A stretch of DNA of 64,000 nucleotides, from contig JBEWZL010000152.1 of the NCBI GenBank assembly GCA_045837725.1, forward strand, positions 62,001-126,000. Direction: 5' to 3'. This stretch comes from Vermamoeba vermiformis (lineage: Eukaryota). Below, piece after piece: positions 12,286 to 21,817 of this stretch (position 1 is its first letter; each line of letters starts with the position of its first letter). The notes below the pieces were generated by a model. That model did no database searches, had not been told where the DNA came from, and worked only from the letters and a program-made list of their open reading frames with translations. The position numbers and the translations under genes were made by a program.

Positions 12286-14460
12286 TTACATAACATTAAC
12301 GGGCGGGGTTTGCTCCGTCTTTGGTCGCTTAGGGCAAGGACCAGCTTCCTCACTAGAACTCATTTCGCGTCTGTATCGCTCATTGACGAGCTTCTTGTGA
12401 GGAAGGGCGGGCTCCGATGATACGGAAAGGTGAGCAATGTTTGAAAGCAAGTGCGCGAAAGAAGGGTACGAGTTGGTCGATCCCTTCTTGATCAAAGCCA
12501 AGCTGTCTCCTTCGCGAGAAACTTCCAAGTGGATCTTAGAGAAGCCTTCGGGGACTTGCGAGTTGCGAATGAGCAAGTGCAAAGAGAGCGACTTGTTGCA
12601 GAAGCAAGCGCCGTAAGTACCGTCCTTTTGGAGCGAGAGCTTGTTGATCAAATTGCGCTTGCCAATGAAGCCGTGGAACCACTCGCTAGTGTTCTTAGGG
12701 AAGATCTGGTAGCAGATGCGAACAAAGTTAGCGAAGCTGCCAGCCCAAGTCGAGGCTTGCTTGATCGCCTTCCAGTCCATAAAGTGTTGGAAAGTGTTGT
12801 TCTTGAAGGTCCAAACTTTGCCGAGGACAGACGCAATCTTCTCGGTAATGTCGTTGCCCATAGAAACAGCAAATGTCTCGCGCATGTAGTCTTCGAACAT
12901 GTTCCAAGGCAAAGGATCGCATTGTTCGACAGCACAAGAGTTGATCTGCGCGATGAAAGGAGCGATGAAGGCCACGGGCATAGGAGAAGGTGACGAAGAG
13001 CTGTTATCTTCTTCGTCGCTCTGTGACTCCTCGCGTGTGCGCTTGCCCAAGGTTACAGCGACTTTAGAGTGAGGGGTAGAGACAGGGGCAGACTTGGAGA
13101 ATCTGTAGCCCTTCAAGTTGGTCTTGAAAGTAAGCACGTTTCTCTTCTCGACAATGATCTTGTTTTGAGCGTCGAAGCGGCAGAGATCGAAGCAAAGGAA
13201 GCTTTCTTTAGGCTTCTTATCGACCTTCAAGATGTCTTTGCACCACTGTTTAATCTGAGTTTGACCGAAAGTATCCAAGCGCAAGGCGGGCTCTTCGTCT
13301 TGGTCGCTGAATAAAGCTACCGGTCTGCCACCGCGTCGCACAAACTTGCGAATGTGTCTACCGCTCAAGCAGCTAGTGCAGTCTCTGAACTCGCCAGGGC
13401 GGCTGGGATCCTATGAACGTGCGCGTTAGTGTCAGCGTACTCCGGAGTTATTCAGTGAATTAATTACCTTGATAATCCATCGGGGCGCAATGCAAAAGGC
13501 TAAAGCCTGGTGTTCGGGAATGTTCCATTCAGGATTCCACTCGATCGAGGCTGAGTCATTATCAAATACAATTTTGTGTCCCAAGTGGATGTCAATAGTT
13601 CCTTGCCATGAGTGAGCTACTTCTAATTTCTCTTCGGGTTGGGCTTGGTGTTTAAAGGCTTGAGCTAATAAGATGAAAATGTTAGCATCTGGAATTACAA
13701 CGCAATTCAATAATTTCTACATGATTTTTCCATTTTACATCAATAAGAGTACGTACCTAAGTTGTGGCTAATAGGGTGAGGGATAGGTTGGAGTAAGTGA
13801 GCATCATAATTGGGTCTAAGGGCTCCAGGTGCGGGTGGAGTGTTGCATAAAAAGCCGATGCTGTGTGAGGTTAGTCGCTTGTTCATAACATTCACAGATG
13901 AAAGTAAATATAACAAACTAGATTAGTACTTACTCTAATAAAGCTTTATTACCGAATTGGGAAAGGACGTCCATTGCGAGACTTTTGCAAGCAAATCTGT
14001 CTTGAATTGAAAGATGGATGGATTGAGACAGACGTCCGACTACCTCGTAAACTAATTGAAAGAGAATGGCAGTGCATTTTCAAGGTTATAAGTTATTTGA
14101 TATTGGCAAGTGCCGATACTTTCGGCTTTGTGCCCAAAACAAACAATCCCTTTTTTAGAATCACAATAATAACAAAAATCACAAATAAAATCTTATTGCT
14201 GCCGAAAACACCACGTAATTACAATGCATTATTAACCTACATTCAACCGATAGACTAAATTTGGTCCTTATTGCATAAAGAGATGTTGTATTCGCCAATA
14301 GTAATAGGGTAGAACTTCGGCGCTCACATCCGATCGTTTGTTTTGGCATCTACTAATTTATGCACGCACGACAAATACAGCGTGGATGTCCAATAGAATT
14401 GGCAGAATTTTGGAACAAGCAAGACGTGAAAGCGGATCTTAGGGCAGCAAAGCCATCCAT
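12286..14460 (-). CDS. STAT/CudA-like protein with a helical linker and a C-terminal SH2-like domain
   Basis: EWFHGFIGK..LINKL...KDGTY....SYPSFAHLL resembles SH2. Upstream PLPWNMFEDYM linker-like helix and CTSC motif. Upstream exons were traced in frame, but the start is approximate. Confidence 0.55.
14067..14231 (-). mobile_element. Intronic ~165-bp repeated element, copy 1 (non-autonomous mobile element or structured intronic RNA)
   Basis: About 97% identical to 38702-38867. Lies inside predicted intron 14052-14240. Confidence 0.75.
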
Positions 14461-14592
14461 CTAATAATTACACGGAGTTTTGGTTTAATATTCCTTTATG
14501 CACGAATATACAGGTGTAATGATCCAACATACGAGAAATCTCATCCGTTGAATATTTTGCATTTTGCCGACAATCTTTAAACGGTGATGGTT

Positions 14593-17500
14593 TTACAACG
14601 AACTCTTCAAGTACCAATTCCAACCCTTCTCTTGTGGATCAACCCAGCTTGTAACTTGCTTAGGCTCAAGATAGTTCATTAAGCCCCAAGGGCCTAATTC
14701 TCGGCCTGAACCGCTTTGTTTCATGCCACCCCACGGCGCTTGAACAAGTGTCGGCTACGGTCAAATCAATTAGCAATCTATATTGCACGGAGAGAGAGCA
14801 ATAAATAAGAAGAGCGAATTGGACAATATGATTATCTCGCGGAGTTTCCTCCATCCGTGTTAAACGCGCAATCTCAACGATTTAAATTTCAGAGTTTTTG
14901 GCTGCCGTTAAATTAAATGCCGGCTTTTTGAATGTGATTTACCCAACAGTAAAAATAGATCTAGCTTACCTGACTGCAGTTAACCCAAACGATACCGCAT
15001 CTCAACGCACGAACAACTCGCTTGCATCGCTCTTGGTCTTTGCTAATGACTGCACCAGCCAATCCGTAGGTTGAATCGTTTGCGAGCTTCAACGCTTCCT
15101 GTTCAGTCTTGAATGACTTGACGGCCAATACAGGACCGAAGATTTCTTCGCGCCTATATTATACGAGGCCATTAGTTTAATTACTCAATCTCAGTAACGG
15201 AAATTACAGCGGAATAAATTCGGATCTCCCGTGTATCTCGCTATTCAATTGTGATTGCACGGTATCTAATCGAAGGCCGAAAGTGAACATACCATATGGC
15301 CATGTTAGGTTGCACATTGTCGAAGACTACCGGTTCGATAAAGAAGCCTTGTCGGAGTTTCACATCTGTCGGCAAACCTCCGCACAAAAGTTTGGCGCCT
15401 GCGAAACAATGAGTTATTTCAAAATGACTACTAATCTATTCGTATAGAGTAGCACGATGATAATCATTGCTACCGTTTCGGCATGGCTGAAGTTGTGCCA
15501 ACGCACGATAAATTTTATCGGGTGCCGGCACTTTTCGTCAGTCAAATTCCCTAGCCTTACCTTCATCTTGTCCGCGCTTAATGTAACTCAGTACGCGATG
15601 GTATTGACCTTCGCTAACAATAGGACCCATTTTCGCTTCTTCATCAAAGCCGCTGCCCAATTTGATTTTCTTGGCTTCTTCGACCAAACGAGCAACCAAT
15701 CGGTCCTTGATTCCTTCTTGGACTAAAAGACGGCTAGTAGCACTGCAGACTTGTCCTTGATTGAAGAAGATGCCGACCATAATCCTGGAATGGATGGTGA
15801 GTTATTGGCTCATACCGCCGATAAATCTTATGGCGTACCATTCAACGGCCTGTTCGACGTCTGCATCATCGAATACGAGAATGGGGGACTTGCCACCGAG
15901 TTCGAGAGTGACCTTTGCGTGAGAGGATCAGTACGGGATGGTCGAAACTCCGCGAGTATTTTTAGATCCGCCGATTTGTTTCATCTTTACAAATAGAGGT
16001 TTGCGTTGAATAAATTAAACCAAGAATGTAAATTCAGTGAGCGAAATACTGCCGATAATAATTATAACAAATGACACTTACCTTCTTTACTGTCTTTGAA
16101 CCAGCTTCCATGATTTTAGATCCAGTTGCGACACTACCAGTGAATGCGAGCTTAGCCACATCTAATAGGTATATAAGTGTTATGTTAACCGTATTGATAA
16201 TGAAAGGCGTTAGATCGTACCAGGATGGTTCGACAGAGGAGCGCCAGCGTCGGGGCCAAATCCAGTTAACACGTTCAAAACACCTTTGGGAAGATTGACC
16301 TAGCCACCACGAGTCACATTAGTACCTTAACTATGACACCATAGTGTTAATGTACCTTGTGAGCAGCTGCAGCGAGTTCGAGAGCAGTGACAGGTGTCAA
16401 TTCGCTAGGCTTCAGCACGCAGGTACTGCCAGCGGCCAAGCAGGGAGCGACCTAAACAGAATTGATTAGTAACTATATCTATAATAGGAGGTGTCGAATA
16501 GACTATACCTTCCAAGCGGCCATGAGCAAGGGATAATTCCAAGGAATAATCAAGCCTGAAAAGTCGGATCAGAAACGCGATGTCATTCAACTTTTAGAAA
16601 TCCAATAATTGTCTTACCGGCAACACCAACAGGTTCGTATCTAACATAACAAGCGACAGAATTTTGACCTTCAATTTCAATAGTTTGGTTTTGCTTCTCT
16701 TTCTCGAACAACAAGATCTGAGTCGCGTAGTAGCGGAAACAACCGATCACATCCGCAATATCCAAAGCGGCTTCTTTGTAGGGCTTGCCGTTATCAAGTA
16801 CTTCGAGCTTGCTAATTTCTTCTTGTCTAGCTTCGAGTTCAGCGGCAATCGCGTTCAAATAATCCGCGCGTTGTTGAGCGGTGGTCTGGCTCCATGATTC
16901 AAAAGCTTCAGACGCAGCGTGCACGGCTCTATTAACATCTATATACTCCCGTTAGTAAGTATACTATAATATTAATATTATTTCGTACCATCGACGCCGG
17001 CGGCAGCGACTGAATGAAAGACGTGTTTGTTGGCAGGGTTGACTACAGGCATGTAGCGAGAGGTCGAAGGATTGACCCATTCGCCGTTAATATACAAGGC
17101 ACTACGAAGGAAATAACCGCCTAAATAATAGAATTATTATTATGAAACTTGTTGCAGTTTTTGTTTGTTTACTGAAGGGACACCTACTTTTGAATGGGGT
17201 ACGGCCGAGAAGAGTCATAGTATTCAACGATACGACTAATAATAATTAGTTATTAGCGCTTAGAACTGAAAATCAAGATTGATTCTTACCATCAAATCCG
17301 TCGACTTCGTATTTTGGTACGGAACCCTTAGCAGCGGATAAAGAGGCATGGACGGCCGTGGCATTCGGTCCATGGTAAATATTCAAGCGAATAGGACCAT
17401 TCTGAATAATACGGGTTAATTTTGCATTTGAATAAAAACAATTTCCAAAATATTGTTGGCCCGATTCAAATCCCCCCCTTGTGTGAATTACGAATTTAAA

Positions 17501-18081
17501 AATTATAATTATCAGTTTTCTGGGCGTGGTAGTCATTACCCCAGACCAACCATAACAGCGACGTACCAACGATAATATAGTTGTATATGCTATCGCTGCC
17601 GCTAAGAACCAGGCGGCTGGGTGTCGACTGAGCGCCAAAATAAATTCCTCAACTTTATCAAAAATTCGAATTATAATTCCTAAAATGCACGGGGGGGATT
17701 TGAATCGGGCTAACAATAATAACTGAAAAATCCTTTTTAAACTCAATAAATTCACTTTACCTGCTCTTGAACTCCTAGGTGCTTAGAAAGGTCGGTTCTT
17801 AGCTGATATAATTTGTTTCCATCGTCTTGTCTGCTGACTTCATAAAATACTGAGGATTGATCTTGCTTGACACCTCCATCAAAGCTAACCACCAATTGTT
17901 CAAACGGCAATGTGGTAGTAAATTGTTTAACCTTTTGGGCAACATCTTCGGCATTAGAAACATTGTTCAAGAGAAGCAGATCGAGATGCGCTTTGGCATT
18001 GCTAGCAAACGAGCTTTTCTCAGAGAAATACTTCTGAGATTCCTTAGTATCGACACCAGAGGCCCAAATTAATACAGACAT
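14593..18081 (-). CDS. Betaine/aminoaldehyde dehydrogenase (ALDH10-like) with an N-terminal ~155-aa 2H-phosphoesterase-fold-like domain
   Basis: [55 protein letters not shown] and [15 protein letters not shown] motifs, ending WNWYLKSSL*. Introns 17402-17760 and 17236-17289 splice the upstream ORF in frame. Confidence 0.9.
17451..17718. mobile_element. MITE-like fold-back element in intron 1 of the 2H-ALDH gene
   Basis: ~28-bp terminal inverted repeats, TATTGTTGGCCCGATTCAAATCCCCCCC and GGGGGGGATTTGAATCGGGCTAACAATA (1 mismatch). The outer TA could be a target-site duplication. Confidence 0.7.
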
Positions 18082-18995
18082 TATTTAGTGGTTGTTGTAA
18101 CAATAACAAACTAGAATAAAATAAACGCAACTAAAGGTCCCAATTTAGCTCAGCTTTTGTGGCCTCGATAAAAAATTAGCTTATAAATAGGTTATTATTT
18201 AATAGACTATGTACATTTATTCGTTTGTATGACCTGAATCAGTCAGCAAGTATATTACAAAAGTGGTGTTTTTTTGAAGCGGATTTGCTTAATCGTGCAA
18301 TGATCGTCCGAATTTACGTCCAAATATAGTTGCTCTATTCTTATATACCATATATATCAGCGGAATAACGACTGTAAGGAACATAATTACAGCTCCGATC
18401 GTGTATGACGTGTAGCTTGGTGACTCGAATGTAATTGTGCTCTAAAATACGAAACAAATTAATACTATGCTAATATAAAATACAAAATAAATTTGGCATT
18501 GTTCTTATCGACTATACACCGCGACTAGATCACCATAAAAAATGAAAATAATATTTAACCGCACTGAAAATGGTAATAAGCTATAATTTGGTTATTAATA
18601 ATAAAAGTGGATATTTTACGTATTATTCTGAATTATTACGCATTATTTTTCGCTGACGTCAGTATTTTTCGATTTTCTTGCAATTAGATTTTGAAAGTAG
18701 TCCCTGGCGATTTATTCCACGAACACTTTGTATTTAATTTTATCAATTTAATTGGTTTTTTCGTGGTGTGAATTTAATGGTTGATCTTTAGTTCTGTTGT
18801 TAGCTACTACTTACTCCTGATACCATGACCGCTTTAATATATTTAATGGACTATTGGTAATATTATTTGTAATAATTATTATCCTTTGTGCTTCTCGTTG
18901 GCAAAAGAAAAAAAATAGTGTCACGGCAACATTGCGCCCTCAAAATCTAGTTGAACCGCTTATAGCGCAACCACAAACGATCATTTATATTAATA

Positions 18996-21139
18996 ATGGA
19001 AATCAACTTCGGTGATACGAGCCCTCTCTGTATTCTAGCAGTTCCAGACGAGATTCTGGTGAAGATCTTAGATTTTTGCTCGTTCCGAAGTATGCCGTCG
19101 TTGTGCTCGTCCAGCAAGAGATTTAATAATATTATTGATTGGAATATGAAGCGTTTTATGGCAGTGAGCTACTTAGAGTAAGGAACCGTTCAAAATATAA
19201 CAAATCTGTTAATTTTATTATATTTAGACGTGCCAGACAAAGAGAAGTTCCTAAAATTAAGGAGCGATTGGCAAACGGTCTTATTAAGGTCCTTGATTAA
19301 ATCATTTTCCTGCTGACGCATCCTTTCCGTGTCTAATTCTGACTTTTCAAAGGCGGCCATTCTCCTCGATAGTCCTGCCCATCTTGAATTTTTTATGAAG
19401 ATTAATGCGGATAAATCTTTGAATGACGCGATTAGCGAATTAACACCAGTGGTTCGGAAGCAAGAAGTTTACGTGTCTAAATCAAAATCAGCTCAACCGA
19501 ATCCATTTAATGAGAACTTCATTGATAATATGGTTAGTGGAGGCTTAGTGAACTTATATCGATGGTTTGTGCAAGTAAGTAGTTCATCCAAAGGTTGCAA
19601 AAAAAAAAAAAAGATCAACTTTTTCTAGTTTCGGCCAAGGTTTTTAATAAAATCATCCTAATTTTAGGCATGGGAAACATTATGGCCCGGCATTCGACGA
19701 AGAAAGCATTCCCAATCATTTCAGGTTTATTGGATGCGTCTTCTACACGCACTTTACACGAATTACAATGCCAACACCGCGGACTATCAACGAATATACC
19801 CGCTTATAATTGAAAAATTAGAAATATATAGCGATATGTTGATCCGATTATTGGTCAGCGACATTGATTCGCTTTTCATTGGAGTTTTCGTGAACAAGAC
19901 TTTGTCCAGCTTGTTGGTAAGTCGACCAATTAATACAAAACGTGTTAAACAGAGAGCTATATAACATTTTCCCGTTAGAATCATTCCAAAACGGTGTACT
20001 TGGCGTTTTTAAACAAACTGCGATCTGAGTCGAACCTCAAAATTGATTTTTTCAACGCGTCGCCGCACTTTATTGAGGAAGAAGATAAGTCTATACATAT
20101 AGGCTTTCAAAAGCTTATGATGGTACGAAGAAACTATTTTAAATGTTTAATTACGAGCTAATTAGAAAATAATATTGTAGTTGACACCACTGGAGGCGAG
20201 CTTTTATTCGGGCGTAGGAACAGATCTAATGATGAAGATAGTGCCGAAAGCACACTATGGCGCAGTGTTAGCTGCTCTTTTCGTCCGGGCGAATCCGCCA
20301 GATCGTGATGTTCCTCAATTACTCGAACTTGGCGCAGGTAAAATATTACAAATAGATGATATTTAAAACCATATAACTTATATATTCATGAAAAGGTGTT
20401 AATGCTCTCCTTCCAAAGCCGTTTTCGAAATTTTTAGGTCAAGATCCGATCATCGAATCAGCATTAGGCGCGTCAGTTTTCCTCCCTCGAACTCAACGTC
20501 ATTGGCGTATTGAATGGTTGCTTTCAAATGGAGCTAAATTCTCAGAATTGGAAAAAGAATTCATTCTCAAAGAGGACAAGCCCCTGTTCAACAAAATTCT
20601 TGCCGTTACACTGCTTCAACCGAAATACAATATGCTTTTGAACCAATATAACAACCCTCCTATAGAAAAATTAACGCAAGCGTCAGTTTATTATTCGCCG
20701 GAAGGACGAATTTCATTCAAGTCTGATAAAACTTTTCGGTACGAGAGAAATCGTAAGTAAAAATGCTTTAATTATAATAAAATTAACAATGGATATATTA
20801 ATTAGCGAGGAAGGTATACCTTGGCATATACACCGTTGTAGGTTCAAAAGTCAGTTGCAAATCCGTTGAAGAAGTCGTTGAAGTTTATCGAAATTCGTAC
20901 AGTAGTGATAGCGAGAAACAATCTTGCTCGGAAGAGTTCAATTTTATAGTCTACAAGTACGTAGTGCAGATGATACGAAGAATATTGTTATTAACTCAAT
21001 TTTTCAAATTCTCAGAACTGCATTCGACAGCGTGGCCTTCAAATTGTTGAAAGATTGGCAAATATTAGCTGGTGCCGCGAATACAAAATCTTATTTGACA
21101 TTCTTTGACATGTATTGGGACTTTAATTTTAATAAATAA
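18996..21139 (+). CDS. F-box protein, multi-exon
   Basis: LAVPDEILVKILDFCSFRSMPSLCSSSKRFNNII F-box. The first and last exons were traced in frame through GT-AG introns to TAA at 21137-21139. Confidence 0.7.
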
Positions 21140-21214
21140 AACTGGACCACTTTAGGTGGGCATTTGTATTGTTACGGCACAATGATTTTATTTTTTATTT
21201 AGTGACTGACGACT

Positions 21215-21592
21215 ATGACAACACAAGCGCAAGCCCAGTACTTGCACTTTCAATACGCGAATGCCTGTTACCCAATTAAGGATGGTCAAGCAGATACCTT
21301 AGCTAATGCTCTCATAGCAGCGTTACAAGACGGCAAAAACGATGTTTTTACGGTCAATTGCATCGCAGACCATTTGGAGCTCAGCGACCCAGTTGTTCGA
21401 CGAATGGCAAAAATGATTATTGCTCGTACATTAACCTTACCACCTTCAGCTCAAAATTTTACCGAGCTTAGAATAACAAAAGATCTCAAGGAAGGTTTCG
21501 TAATAACTCCTGAAGCGAAAAGGATCAACGGCACTCCATTAAAAGCTTTTGTTATTAACAACAGCAAGGATAAATATGAAGAGTGGTTTTAA
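21215..21592 (+). CDS. Hypothetical 125-aa single-exon protein
   Basis: ATG-to-stop ORF with protein-like composition between AT-rich flanks. No recognised motif. Confidence 0.55.
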   Translation: MTTQAQAQYLHFQYANACYPIKDGQADTLANALIAALQDGKNDVFTVNCIADHLELSDPVVRRMAKMIIARTLTLPPSAQNFTELRITKDLKEGFVITPEAKRINGTPLKAFVINNSKDKYEEWF

Positions 21593-21817
21593 ACTAATAA
21601 ACTCCCATCTTTGTTCTACTAACCTTCAAGATTTCTGTTTCCTTGAACTCCCCAAAAACAATGCCCTAGTCTCGAAAGAGTGCAGAAGAAAGTGGTGATC
21701 GGCGCCAAGTCGCACATTTGTGCCTGAATTGTTGGGATTTGCAGATTTTTCTCTGAATTAATATCCCTGGGATATAACTCTTGTTTAATTATGCAGCACC
21801 TCATAATCATGTACATG

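Noticed and set aside
13974-14258. Near-identical ORFs at 13974-14258 and 38604-38924 ([18 protein letters not shown]...)
   Set aside because: These are antisense readings of the non-coding intronic repeat, with no support as proteins.
14630-14860. RNase P/MRP-like RNA on the minus strand (GAGGAAACUCCG ... ACAAGCUGGGUU, GGGGCUUA)
   Set aside because: The 3' part is the last coding exon of the ALDH ([20 protein letters not shown]), so the motif match is coincidental.
17273-17755. 160-aa ORF
   Set aside because: Mostly intron/MITE sequence. Only 17290-17401 is exon.
19290-19352. Apparent premature stops in the F-box gene
   Set aside because: An intron (GTCCTT...CTGAC..CAAAG) removes them and restores the frame.
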